Assembly: GCA_963792705.1 (NCBI GenBank) | Contig: CAWBXD010000010.1 | Coordinates: forward strand, 2,224 to 66,223 | Length of the DNA stretch: 64,000 nucleotides | Direction: 5' to 3' | Origin: an uncultured Chloroflexia bacterium | Lineage (GTDB): Bacteria; Chloroflexota; Ktedonobacteria; Ktedonobacterales; Ktedonobacteraceae | Translations under genes and position numbers: made by a program | In this document: piece by piece, positions 1 through 9,850 of the stretch | How the letters are laid out: each line of letters starts with the position of its first letter | Numbering within the stretch: position 1 is the stretch's first letter | Notes under the pieces: model-generated | What the model saw: only the letters and a program-made list of their open reading frames with translations | Database searches by the model: none | What the model was told of the DNA's origin: nothing

Positions 1-624
1 GAGTGGCACGGTACTCGTAAGTGGAGCGGCGATAATGCTACGTACCTGCACATGTAGTTCTGAAGCGATACGCAGTGTTTCTGCTAGAGGTGCTGTAGTG
101 CCTAGTGGAAGAGTGATATCTAACTGCATCCCCGGCTCAAACGCACCCATCGAGCGAGCAAGCGCAAGTAAGAAATCGCTACGAGTGAGCAGTCCAACAA
201 GAACTGTTTGCGTTTCCTGCTTTATTTGTTGGTATTCGACGACAGGCAGATAGTTTAAGCCACGTTCTACCAGTATTTGCGCGGCGGCTGCAACAGAGGT
301 TATTGGAGTCACGCGAATGATTGCGCGATGCATTACTTCGACAACACGTCGCTCCTGCCAATGTTGATGTAGTACGTCGTTGGATGTTTCCTGTCGTGCA
401 AGTGCGACCACAAGATCAACGTCCTGGGAAGTCAACATTCCTTCAAATATGCGTATCGTTTCGTGTGACTGGTAATCTTTGTGTTCAGGACCAGCAACAG
501 CAATAGTTCGGACTACAGGAAGCTGGTGTACCTGATGCTGCCGTAACAGGTTTGTCGCATGGCTCAATGTATCGTCTGGTGCGACCGTCGTGAGTTTTGT
601 TGTCATGATATCGCGTACTATCAT
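1..624 (-). CDS. CBS-pair domain protein with ACT-like C-terminal region (AcuB-like); C-terminus lies beyond the window
   Basis: Absent from the ORF track because it runs off the edge. My translation of the minus strand from ATG 622-624 gives MIVRDIMTTKLTTVAPDDTLSHATNLLRQHQVHQLPVV, then a second CBS-like block RRVVEVMHRAIIRVTPITSVAAAAQILVERGLNYLPVV. The frame is open to base 1. Confidence 0.75.
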   Translation of the reverse strand, partial: MIVRDIMTTKLTTVAPDDTLSHATNLLRQHQVHQLPVVRTIAVAGPEHKDYQSHETIRIFEGMLTSQDVDLVVALARQETSNDVLHQHWQERRVVEVMHRAIIRVTPITSVAAAAQILVERGLNYLPVVEYQQIKQETQTVLVGLLTRSDFLLALARSMGAFEPGMQLDITLPLGTTAPLAETLRIASELHVQVRSIIAAPLTSTVPL

Positions 625-803
625 AGTCCACCATCTTTTGAACTTAAAGAAGTGATGTTCTAAAGTACACTTCTTTTCAGGGAAACATCGTATTTAAGAG
701 AGAACTACTGTGATTATCATAACACAGGCTCCTATGCTTTTAGAAAGAAGCAAAAAATTTCCTGTATATGAGAAGTATTTCCCTGAAAAAGGGGAGCAAA
801 GTA

Positions 804-1199
804 CTAGCGACCAAGAATGAATATTTGCACCATATAGTAAAGAGAAGCGAGGGCGAGAAAGACACTATAGCAGATAGCGATGATACGAGAGATGTTAAAT
901 GTTCCTGTCACCACGCGTGTTTGCAAGCTACGCCGAGCGAGACGGACAGCGACGACGAGAATACCAATTAATAAAATAATACCGAGAATGCGAACGCTCA
1001 AGGCACCACTAAAGAGCAGAAGTGGAATGATAACACCACCAAAGGCAAGGAAAGCACCAAGGATATCTAAAGCAGCTACCCCCATAAAAAGACCTTCATC
1101 ATATTGCCGATGAAGCAACATCGGCGTGACGCGCAGGAGTACAACGACTCCTGCGGCATACGCGATAAGACTAACAAGCACCCAGAGGACATACTGCAT
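804..1199 (-). CDS. small integral membrane protein, unknown function
   Basis: ORF 804..1220 with several hydrophobic spans (VLWVLVSLIAYAAGVVVLL, GVIIPLLLFSGALSVRILGIILLIGILVVAV). The internal ATG (MQYVLWV) at 1199 avoids overlap with the upstream stop at 1207. Confidence 0.55.
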   Translation of the reverse strand: MQYVLWVLVSLIAYAAGVVVLLRVTPMLLHRQYDEGLFMGVAALDILGAFLAFGGVIIPLLLFSGALSVRILGIILLIGILVVAVRLARRSLQTRVVTGTFNISRIIAICYSVFLALASLYYMVQIFILGR

Positions 1200-1206
1200 A
1201 TTTATT

Positions 1207-2541
1207 TCATCCCCATGCAAAATTGTGAGCGTTGGTTAAGAGCATACGCCCATGTACATCTCCCGGCAAAAACACGTAGACATCAGGAGTTGTCGTTGTA
1301 TCCATAACCTCAGTACTTTGCAACACAAAGGCAGCACTATCGGTGCGCCATGTTACCTGACCAGCTAAATTCGGTGCATACTGCTGAGTAGACGTTGGGT
1401 TTGCAAGCGACGCAGTATATGGGCCGCTTTGAGCAGTCATATGGTACGCAGTCGCAACAACGGTCTGGTTATCAGGCCCCCACTTTAGTGTGACGTCTTG
1501 ACTCAATGCAGTGGCAGGAACCTGGGCAAAAAGTCCGGTCGTCGAATTATCATTCAAGTTCAATGTCTGTACCGTTCCAGCAGCCTGATTGGAGCCAGTC
1601 GCAGTTATCATTTGTGCTACCAGTTGCTGACCATCTGCCGCAACATCCCACCCTGGCATTACAAAAGGGCCTGCTTGTGGCACTGCACACCAAGGTTCAC
1701 TTCCCATTTGTAGCAGTTGCTTACTTTGTGTTTCAGGATGTGTTAACGAATGACTGTAAAGCACAATCTGACTTTGTTGCTCAAAAGGATGTACGACAAC
1801 CTGATAAAAAAGTTGCTCGCTACTATAACGTAGTGAAAGCAGCAATGGCGTATTCTGTTGCGGATCAAATAGTGTCGCGGCGCCTAATGCATGTACAGGA
1901 AGCACGAGTGATAGCGTTTGTGCCTGTACATCATAGCGATACAACCCCGTACCCGTCTTGCCTTGACCACTATTGTACCACGCTAACAGGTGTGTCGTAT
2001 CCTCCCAAAACGCATATTGCCAGGAACCCGTGCGTGGCCCCCCGCTCATTTGCACATTTGGGGACACAGCAGGAAGTGCGATCTGCGTAAACTGTTGCGT
2101 TTTTGTATTCATCACATAGAGAGCACCATTCGCGCCATAATCAGGGGCTGGACAGCCACCACCACCTACCCCATTGGGGCTAGCAGTAGTAATCAGGGCA
2201 ATATAGGCATCACCAGAAGACCAAAGAGGTTGATGCCAAAAGACAAGAGGCAATTGACTATAGTCAAAGTGTGTCTCTTGCACAGGTGGAGTACCGTGCA
2301 AAGCGACCCATAACTGGTTGTTACGCACAAACGCATAGGAAGAACCTAATGTTCCTGCAGGTGCTGCTGCTACGTTTTGAGTGGAAGAGGTAGTAGTTGG
2401 AAGGACGGCTGGCGTTCCACTACCACGATCTGGCGTTCCACTTGGTATTGTTCCCACTCTTGCAGGTCCGCAAGCGGATAGTAATACAAGGAGTGAGAGC
2501 AGAAATGGGAGTACGGTTATTCCCAGAATTTTTTTAGACAT
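1207..2541 (-). CDS. secreted lipoprotein, unknown function (beta-rich)
   Basis: Signal peptide plus lipobox LLVLLSAC-G, a Ser/Thr/Pro-rich linker, then about 380 aa with no catalytic motif I recognise. SD-like GAGAGGGG lies upstream of ATG 2541. Confidence 0.7.
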   Translation of the reverse strand: MSKKILGITVLPFLLSLLVLLSACGPARVGTIPSGTPDRGSGTPAVLPTTTSSTQNVAAAPAGTLGSSYAFVRNNQLWVALHGTPPVQETHFDYSQLPLVFWHQPLWSSGDAYIALITTASPNGVGGGGCPAPDYGANGALYVMNTKTQQFTQIALPAVSPNVQMSGGPRTGSWQYAFWEDTTHLLAWYNSGQGKTGTGLYRYDVQAQTLSLVLPVHALGAATLFDPQQNTPLLLSLRYSSEQLFYQVVVHPFEQQSQIVLYSHSLTHPETQSKQLLQMGSEPWCAVPQAGPFVMPGWDVAADGQQLVAQMITATGSNQAAGTVQTLNLNDNSTTGLFAQVPATALSQDVTLKWGPDNQTVVATAYHMTAQSGPYTASLANPTSTQQYAPNLAGQVTWRTDSAAFVLQSTEVMDTTTTPDVYVFLPGDVHGRMLLTNAHNFAWG

Positions 2542-2819
2542 GAGATATCCCCTCTCGATTATATACAGCGCGACGCCTTTTGGCCTCTTCTACCTATCTA
2601 TGAAAGAGTTTAAAACGGATAAAGGTATCAGCTACGAATTCTATTACATAAGTCACTATGTATCAACGTGTATCACTGGTTCACTTTCATATCAATAGGT
2701 AATTCGGCTTATACACAGAGACCATGTGAAAGGAGTTTGACGCTATTCCTCTTTTCCTTTAAGATAAGCTCGGTTGCAAACATCATTTAATTCTCTAGTA
2801 TGAAATAAGGTTGTATTAT

Positions 2820-3848
2820 ATGCCTGAACTTGTATGGAAAGGTAAAACCTCTCCCTTAAATGCCTCTCAAAACTCAATCGTTTCTCCGTTAACCATTCAG
2901 AACATAGAATACTACCCGGTTGAAGGTAAACAGAAACTGTTTATTGGTTCCGACTTCCCCGTGACGAAGGACTGGTATAATCGACTTATTCTCGGCGATA
3001 AAAACGACACTCTTCTCGCCCTCCTCAACGAGTTTACAGCGAAAGTTGATCTTATTTATATCGATCCACCTTTTATGACCGGACGTATTTTCTCAAGTGG
3101 TTCCGAGATTGCTTATAAAGACACGTGGGGAAATGATTTAGACGCGTACCTTCAATGGCTATACGAAACATTACTAATACTTTACAGGTTGTTGGTTGAA
3201 GATGGTAGTCTGTATGTTCACCTTGATTGGCGTACAACACATTATGCAAAACTGCTACTCGATGAGGTGTTTCAAGCATCGCAGCGTAATGGTGGAGGAT
3301 TCAGGAACGAAATCATCTGGCACTATCAATCTGGTGGCAGGCCACAAAAAGGGTATGCACGCAAGCATGATACGATCTTGCTCTATACAAAGTCGGGGAA
3401 CGCCTGTTTTCATGGCGAAAGAATTGGAGAACGACGTGGAGCGGAAAAGCGCAACAATATGCGAAAAGAGGTTGGGGACGATGGGCGTATCTCCTGGACA
3501 ATCCGTTCTGCTGGCCGTCTCTATACCTATCATGAAGATTCGTTGATGACACCAAGCGATGTGTGGAGCGATATTCATCATCTTCATCAACGTGACCCTG
3601 AGCGTACTGGCTATGCAACCCAAAAGCCCGAAGCATTACTCGAACGTATAATCGCAGCCTCCTCCGAAGAATATGATATGGTCCTTGATTGCTTTTGTGG
3701 GAGTGGAGTTACACCGTTGGTAGCAGAAAGGCTTAAACGACGCTGGATTGCCTGTGATAAAAGTGAAGTTGCGCTTGCTACCACTCGTAACCGTCTCCTA
3801 GCATACGAGCGTACTCAACCGTTTGTGCTCCAGCATGTTGTGAAATAG
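2820..3848 (+). CDS. beta-class (motif IV before motif I) DNA methyltransferase, probably N6-adenine
   Basis: Motif IV IYIDPPF near the N-terminus and SAM motif I DCFCGSGVT near the C-terminus. The N-terminal PELVWKGK resembles Mod-type enzymes. The track start at 2811 is TTG; the first ATG is at 2820. Confidence 0.8.
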   Translation: MPELVWKGKTSPLNASQNSIVSPLTIQNIEYYPVEGKQKLFIGSDFPVTKDWYNRLILGDKNDTLLALLNEFTAKVDLIYIDPPFMTGRIFSSGSEIAYKDTWGNDLDAYLQWLYETLLILYRLLVEDGSLYVHLDWRTTHYAKLLLDEVFQASQRNGGGFRNEIIWHYQSGGRPQKGYARKHDTILLYTKSGNACFHGERIGERRGAEKRNNMRKEVGDDGRISWTIRSAGRLYTYHEDSLMTPSDVWSDIHHLHQRDPERTGYATQKPEALLERIIAASSEEYDMVLDCFCGSGVTPLVAERLKRRWIACDKSEVALATTRNRLLAYERTQPFVLQHVVK

Positions 3849-3971
3849 CTCACAGACAAAGCAGATATAGGGTGTATACTCTCCTCAGATGAAATAATAT
3901 GCTTTGTTCAGCGTAGTATAATGTATCATATATATTCTTTTTGACTTTCTAGAAAGCTTTTATTAAAAATT

Positions 3972-5102
3972 ATGAATAGGCAACGAATAGTTCACAAACA
4001 AGGGAATATGAAAGAGAGCAAACACAACAATAGGATGACAGTTGTGGGAAGTCTCTTTGTCTTGTGCCTCTTATTGTTGAGTGCATGTAGTAGTATATCA
4101 GGAAATGGAAACACTGTAGCCAATACGCCCACCGTCGTCCCTACCGCAACAATTGATACCACGCTTGGCAAGCAAGGAGATATGCAGCTTAAAACATTTC
4201 AACAGTGGATTACGCTGATGAAACAGTATGGCGGTGATACAACGTCCTATCAACAACAATACGACGCCGACCAGCAAGCCTTGCAAGTAGCAAAAACGGA
4301 TGCTACCTATAAGGCAGCCTTGACGACGCTTAACGGTCATGTATCCGCTATTCAGCTTCCTACGATGAAAGCAGAAAGTTTTCATCTTCAGCAACAGTTG
4401 AAGCAAGAAGTTGCTAGTTGGGGGCAGCAGCATAAGTACCACAACGCATACGACAACACAAACTATCCACTTGGGTATGAATATGGACCAAATGGAATGG
4501 GAGGTTGGGTACAAGACGAGTTGAGTAGCGATAAAACATTGGCGGACTATCAACAAGCGGTTGAAGACATCAATATGTACCTGACGAATTTCCATGCGAT
4601 GACGACAAACAGTAGCGATAAGACACCGTACAATCAGGTGCATCAGACCGATCTACAACTTGTACAGCATTATGGGAAAACGGGGAAAGTCGTCATTGTC
4701 TCGCTGGAAGAACAGGCAATGCGTGTCTACAACAATGGGAAGTTGGTTAACTCTTTCCTGGTAACAACGGGTCGTCCAGCCAAACCCAGTTTGCCGGGTG
4801 TATGGTGGGTTGAGGGCAAGCTATCTCCAACGGTCTTTAAATCTGGTGTGCCCGTGAGTTCGCCCGATTACTATCCTCCAACGCCAATCAACTACGCGAT
4901 ACAATATCATAGTGAAGGATACTTCTTGCATGATAGTTGGTGGCGTGTCAACTATGGTCCTGGTACGAACTATCCACACGCCGATGATAGTGGCGATCCG
5001 TTCTCTTCTCAGGGGTCGCATGGATGCGTGAATCTTTCAAAAGCCAATGCAGGGTGGTTGTACGGATTTGTTAAATTGTACACACCAATCATCGTATACT
5101 AA
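3972..5102 (+). CDS. L,D-transpeptidase (YkuD domain) lipoprotein
   Basis: Lipobox LLLLSAC. C-terminal YkuD catalytic signature around SQGSHGCVNLS, preceded by YFLHDSWW. Confidence 0.8.
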   Translation: MNRQRIVHKQGNMKESKHNNRMTVVGSLFVLCLLLLSACSSISGNGNTVANTPTVVPTATIDTTLGKQGDMQLKTFQQWITLMKQYGGDTTSYQQQYDADQQALQVAKTDATYKAALTTLNGHVSAIQLPTMKAESFHLQQQLKQEVASWGQQHKYHNAYDNTNYPLGYEYGPNGMGGWVQDELSSDKTLADYQQAVEDINMYLTNFHAMTTNSSDKTPYNQVHQTDLQLVQHYGKTGKVVIVSLEEQAMRVYNNGKLVNSFLVTTGRPAKPSLPGVWWVEGKLSPTVFKSGVPVSSPDYYPPTPINYAIQYHSEGYFLHDSWWRVNYGPGTNYPHADDSGDPFSSQGSHGCVNLSKANAGWLYGFVKLYTPIIVY

Positions 5103-5107
5103 AAGAT

Positions 5108-5153
5108 CAAAAAGGAAGGCGAGAAGTTGTTCTGCTTCTCGCCTTCCTTTTTG
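5108..5153. terminator. bidirectional intrinsic terminator between convergent genes
   Basis: 19-bp perfect stem tcaaaaaggaaggcgagaag / cttctcgccttcctttttga with an 8-nt loop. A-run and T-run flanks serve both strands. Confidence 0.8.
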
Positions 5154-5168
5154 ATGCTTTCGTGTGCT

Positions 5169-6056
5169 TTATTCGTGGGGTGTTAGAACTGCGCTAAATC
5201 CTTGCCACATGTTGAGAAACATACTGTATGGCATGCGCTGAAAGTTTGCGCGAGACGAATCGGCAATATAGACATACTGGCTATCGCCACCACGTACAAC
5301 AAAGATATGACCACCAGGATAATAATAGTTATCGCGTATCCCTACAATAACAGGTGTACCGCTGTTGCCGAGATTGATAAGGTCTTGTAGTGTTCTAGTA
5401 TGGTTTGCGCTCGTGTCGAAGCCGAAATAAGAAGCGGTCATCGCAATACCTTCTTCACGCAACAGGCCGAGATTCACATCCCATACACCCAGTTTTTGTT
5501 CCTCCTGTAGGACATCTGCCGCGATAACGTGCCGACCGTATGAGTTCATCACCATTGCCATTGCGATGCCTGAGCAAGAGGAATATGACCACACTTGCCA
5601 TTGATAATCCGTGTAGTATTGATTACGAGCAGCAGAGTCAATACGTACAACTCGCATACTTGCGCCTATGGGAAGGATAGGAATAGGTGTAGCATGAGTG
5701 GAAGTTTGCACATCGGTAGCTTGGGAGACGCTGAGAAAGGTGAAGCCGATGCCACTCCCTAATGTACGTAGGCTACCTTCTGTAAGTCCGTCTTGTAAAA
5801 AGAGGGCAAGCAACACCATAATTAAAAATCCAAGCGAGACAAGTGTGCGATGGCGCGTGTACCAGGAGGCTGGAAGCAAAAGCGCAGGAGGATATTGTGC
5901 CTTCTCGATATAAGTAAGAGGAAGAGTGCTGGCAGACGTCTGCTGAAGCACTATTTTCTTGTGACGAAGATGTTCACGCCAGCCGCCAATAATGAAGCTC
6001 GTAACAATAGCTATCATAAGCACAAGCAGTAGCACCGTGATCACGGCAGACAACAT
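5169..6056 (-). CDS. membrane-anchored peptidase C39-like (papain-fold) domain protein
   Basis: Two N-terminal TM segments. Cys motif SSCSGIAMAMVMNSYG and downstream His motif GGHIFVVRGGD are typical of C39-like domains. Confidence 0.55.
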   Translation of the reverse strand: MLSAVITVLLLVLMIAIVTSFIIGGWREHLRHKKIVLQQTSASTLPLTYIEKAQYPPALLLPASWYTRHRTLVSLGFLIMVLLALFLQDGLTEGSLRTLGSGIGFTFLSVSQATDVQTSTHATPIPILPIGASMRVVRIDSAARNQYYTDYQWQVWSYSSCSGIAMAMVMNSYGRHVIAADVLQEEQKLGVWDVNLGLLREEGIAMTASYFGFDTSANHTRTLQDLINLGNSGTPVIVGIRDNYYYPGGHIFVVRGGDSQYVYIADSSRANFQRMPYSMFLNMWQGFSAVLTPHE

Positions 6057-6185
6057 ACGTTACCCTCGCATACAAAATTTCCTATAAGTATCTTCTCAAT
6101 TACTATAACGGCCGGGTAGTATAAGTTGCCTTATTTATGGAAGAAGTAACCCAATATGGCTATAGAGCAACAGAAGAGGATCTCT

Positions 6186-6384
6186 GTAGGGACCGATGAT
6201 GCTCTTTAACAAATTAATGCAGATACATCGTAGGGACCACATTCATGGCGTGCGAGGCGCAATTCATTGGGCGAGATGCCAGTGAATGTGGTCCCTACGT
6301 ATATCCCTATTATTTGGTGAAACAGCATCATCGCGTCCTTGTCGGCGGTAAATTGCCACGAGGACGCGATCAATCGGTCCCTAC
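6186..6384. repeat. composite/nested palindromic MITE/REP-like elements (GTAGGGACC family)
   Basis: The inner 69-bp element 6230..6298 (gtagggaccacattcatggc...gccagtgaatgtggtccctac) lies inside an outer element. The outer right end 6362..6384 (ggacgcgatcaatcggtccctac) is identical to the end of the copy at 34689..34711. The outer left arm appears split into gtagggaccgatgatgc at 6186..6202 and gcatcatcgcgtcc at 6325..6338. Confidence 0.85.
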
Positions 6385-6415
6385 AGATATCCTCAATACT
6401 TACCGGATACACCAA

Positions 6416-6805
6416 TTATGTGGCTCGCATTTCGTACACTTCCAACTCTTTGCTCATACGCCGTTTGTATATGTAGACCTGATTGACAAAGTAGTTGAGC
6501 GATAGAACGAGGTATTCAACGGTATCCTTTGTGCTGATGGGGCGCACATTGAGCGAACCATGCTTACAGATATGGAAGACAAGCAATTCACCAGGGTCAA
6601 TGATGCCTAATTGGTGGAAATCCTTGTAGATGAGCCAGGGGATACCCGTTTCGTTCTCTATCAAGAGCATCTCATCATCGCTACCTAAATCGAGGCCGAT
6701 ACGTGGTTGTGGTTGCAATGACCATCCACCTGGATAATGCTGAGGGAGTGTTTCGGTTGGAGGAGATTCAAGTTCCTCTTCTTCAGGAGCGTATGTGATC
6801 GCCAT
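6416..6805 (-). CDS. hypothetical protein
   Basis: ORF 6416..6823 with an acidic N-terminus and no motif I recognise. The first ATG (MAITYAPEEE) is at 6805; the track start at 6823 is TTG. Confidence 0.5.
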   Translation of the reverse strand: MAITYAPEEEELESPPTETLPQHYPGGWSLQPQPRIGLDLGSDDEMLLIENETGIPWLIYKDFHQLGIIDPGELLVFHICKHGSLNVRPISTKDTVEYLVLSLNYFVNQVYIYKRRMSKELEVYEMRAT

Positions 6806-6992
6806 AGGAGTACAACCTTTCAAAATTATCTAACATTTGAAGAGGAGTATGCCTGGAAACAAACATCTACAATGATCACACAACGAATATATTTTTTTAG
6901 GGTTGTAACCTTCGATACTATGACATACATTTTTATCGCTGTCAAGTATCTTTTAATATCTCGTAAAGCTACTTATGAAGGTTCTTTTCATC

Positions 6993-9686
6993 TCAAATCA
7001 GGTGCTGCTCAATGGCATAACGCGTCGCTGCACTACGGGAGGTAATCCCTAGTTTACTATAGATTGCCTGAACATGAGTATTTACCGTCCGTGGACTAAT
7101 ACTAAGATCGCCCGCGATTTGATTATTGGTTCGTCCTTGTGCCACAAGACGTAGCACTTCGACCTCACGAGTGGTGAGGAGAACGTCAAGGGTAGAATTG
7201 GACACAACTATTTTTGGTAGGGTGGCTGTTGGAGGTACATCTTGGGAAGTAAGTGCTTGTTCGGGGGTCATTGTTCGTCCTTCTGCCCATAATGTAGCGA
7301 AGGCTTTTTCTCCGAGTTGTGTGCGTGTAGCGGCAAGTGTGCGATCATATAAAGGTTGCTCGATGTAAAGAGGCCAACGACTGCCATTGGCATTACGTAC
7401 CGCTTCTGCTGCACCAAAGAGAATGGCACTCCTGGTATACTTCTCCTGGGTAAAAGCAATAACTCCTAATCCTTCTAAGCAGAAAGCACGGACGATCACA
7501 ACTCTTGAGGATATCCATAGTCCGGTCACAAGCAATTTCAGGGCCTCCTCAAAACACGCATATGCCTTCTCCATGTTGTTCTGTCTTAAGGCACTGTAGC
7601 CTAGCGGACACAAAACTAGTGCTGTATCTTCTTTGTTGCCCGATACGCGTTCATGAGCAAGTGTTTGCTCTAATAAAGTATCTGCAGCTGTTACCTCGTT
7701 ACTTGCAACCAGTGTATATGCAAGCATAGCACGTGTCTGGGCACTAAAACCTGGATAGCCAATTGTTTTGAACAATGCCACACTTTCCTCTAATTGCCGA
7801 CGTGCCACTTCATAACTTCCTTGTGCATAGGCAATCCAGCCCAGATAATAAAGATTTGCGGCAATGCCCCACGATGCGTTTAGTTTCTGAAAGAGCCTAA
7901 GACTTTCCTGGCAAAATACTTGTGCCTGGACGAATTGCCCACGAAATAATGCTGTAATGCCCTGTGTCATGAGAGCATTGGCAATACCAGCCTCGTCTCC
8001 TACCTCTTTAAATAACCTTGTAGCCTCTTCGTGCTGAGCATTTCCTGGTCCTTTATCGTCACCACCAATTTCAATAACGCTGAGAAGATTGAGACAATAG
8101 GCAATGCCTCGCCTCTCTTGTACTACTCGAAAGAGTTGTAATGCTTCATTTAGTAAAAGCAAGGCTTGCTGTTCATCATACTGCCAGAATGCGAGCCAAC
8201 CAGCGATATACAAAGCTTCAGCTTTGATGGTCGGAGAAATTTCTGTTTTGCTTGCGCGGCTCGCGGTCAAAGTCCAGTTCAGAAAAATCTTTCCCACGTC
8301 GAGTTGTCCACGAAGGAAAGAGAGTCGTCCCAAGATGCCCGCCATTTGTAGGGCGGTCTCGACGTTACCAGGCACCTCACTTCGTTCAAGGAGCCACTGT
8401 ATCACAGACATCGCGTTCTCATATTCATATGTGAGTGGAGCGAACCGAGGATCATACACAGTTCCAAGCAATGAAATATTGGTCCTTTGAATCAGTTTTC
8501 GGTATGTTGTTGCGTGAGCATCACGCACCTGCTCCGTCTCGCCCGATGCATTTAGACGGTTCAAACCAAATTCACGGATCGTCTCTAGCATCATTAGGCG
8601 TGGCTCTCCATACTCTTGATCGACTTGCCTGAGCAGACTTTTGTCAAGTAGCGATGTGATTGTATCAAGCAAAGATGTATTTGTCTTGCCAAGTGCTGTG
8701 CAAAGGTCTTCTATGACTTCCAGTGTTGAGCCACTGACGAAAACGGAAAGGTAGCGAAATAAGCGTTGTTCATCTGACGTGAGCAACTCATAGCTCCAGT
8801 TGATGGTGTCGTACATTGTTTGCTGACGCAGTGGAAGGTCTGGTCCACCAGCGGTAAGAATTTGTAAACGATGATCTAAGCGCGCTAGTAGCACTTGTGG
8901 AGACAGAATTTTGATACGCGCGGCCGCTAATTCGATTGCTAATGGCAATCCATCAAGGCGAATACAGATTTGTGAGATCGCTTTTGCATTTGCATCCGTC
9001 AAGCTAAAATTGCGCTTTATCTGTTGTGCCCTCTGCATAAAGAGCTTCACCGATGCTATCTGAGAAAGTGCTTCGACATCTTCATACTGTTCCTGCACGG
9101 GTAATACAAGCGGAGGAACAGAAAATTCATACTCACCTTGAACACCTAGTAGGGCACGACTGGTTACAACGATTTTGAGGTGAGGGCAGGCTGTGAGCAA
9201 GTCCACCACCAAAGGAGCTGCGGCTAGAATATGCTCGAAGTTGTCGAGAATTAGGAGGAAGGATTTCTCACGAAAAAAGTCCTTCACATACTCAAGGAAT
9301 GATCGGGTGTTAGAGCGTTGTAAACCAAGTGCGTGAGCAATGAGAGGCGCAAGGATGGTAGGTGCGTTAAGCGGTGCTAATGCAACGAAACAAGAACCGT
9401 CGGGAAACGCGTCCTTGAGTTCTGCGAGCATTTGCCGTGATAGACAGGTCTTGCCAATTCCTCCCGGCCCGGTTAGTGTAAGGAGGCGTATAGCAGGACT
9501 GTTGATAAGGGAACAAGCAGTTAGCACCTCGTCTTCTCGCCCAACGACTTGAGTAAAAGAGTTAAAGTCTTGTTGAGGCTGAACTTCTAAGGGATTGGAT
9601 TGCGGGTCAAGCTGAAATGCTTGCTCGAAAACATACTCACTAGAACGTATCGCTTGCTTCTCTTCCATTGCCATCACATTCTGCAT
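6993..9686 (-). CDS. large LuxR-family regulator with STAND/AAA P-loop NTPase and TPR-like repeats
   Basis: Walker A LTLTGPGGIGKTCL and Walker B-like FLLILDNFEH. A long helical-repeat middle region follows. The C-terminal LuxR HTH is LTTREVEVLRLVAQGRTNNQIAGDLSISPRTVNTHVQAIYSKLG. ATG at 9686 is preferred over GTG at 9722. Confidence 0.85.
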   Translation of the reverse strand: MQNVMAMEEKQAIRSSEYVFEQAFQLDPQSNPLEVQPQQDFNSFTQVVGREDEVLTACSLINSPAIRLLTLTGPGGIGKTCLSRQMLAELKDAFPDGSCFVALAPLNAPTILAPLIAHALGLQRSNTRSFLEYVKDFFREKSFLLILDNFEHILAAAPLVVDLLTACPHLKIVVTSRALLGVQGEYEFSVPPLVLPVQEQYEDVEALSQIASVKLFMQRAQQIKRNFSLTDANAKAISQICIRLDGLPLAIELAAARIKILSPQVLLARLDHRLQILTAGGPDLPLRQQTMYDTINWSYELLTSDEQRLFRYLSVFVSGSTLEVIEDLCTALGKTNTSLLDTITSLLDKSLLRQVDQEYGEPRLMMLETIREFGLNRLNASGETEQVRDAHATTYRKLIQRTNISLLGTVYDPRFAPLTYEYENAMSVIQWLLERSEVPGNVETALQMAGILGRLSFLRGQLDVGKIFLNWTLTASRASKTEISPTIKAEALYIAGWLAFWQYDEQQALLLLNEALQLFRVVQERRGIAYCLNLLSVIEIGGDDKGPGNAQHEEATRLFKEVGDEAGIANALMTQGITALFRGQFVQAQVFCQESLRLFQKLNASWGIAANLYYLGWIAYAQGSYEVARRQLEESVALFKTIGYPGFSAQTRAMLAYTLVASNEVTAADTLLEQTLAHERVSGNKEDTALVLCPLGYSALRQNNMEKAYACFEEALKLLVTGLWISSRVVIVRAFCLEGLGVIAFTQEKYTRSAILFGAAEAVRNANGSRWPLYIEQPLYDRTLAATRTQLGEKAFATLWAEGRTMTPEQALTSQDVPPTATLPKIVVSNSTLDVLLTTREVEVLRLVAQGRTNNQIAGDLSISPRTVNTHVQAIYSKLGITSRSAATRYAIEQHLI

Positions 9687-9850
9687 TGATACAAACTTCT
9701 TTACGCCATAGAAGAGTACCACAAATATCTATCAAATAGAAGGCAAATAACTTGTATTTATGAGCGTTTATGGTTACATAAAAGTATTTTAGCGAATGTA
9801 ACATGTAGAAAGGCATAGCTATTTTTAGAGGGGAAGATACATATTATTTG

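Noticed and set aside
6206-6505. Track ORFs 6206..6415(-) and 6245..6505(+) spanning the repeat cluster. The ORFs 34500..34757 and 36598..36792 are similar cases.
   Set aside because: They are read-through of palindromic MITE/REP-like DNA. Both strands are open because of the self-complementarity, the peptides recur (…RDQSVPT…, …GPY…) wherever the repeat occurs, and there is no SD or sensible gene context.
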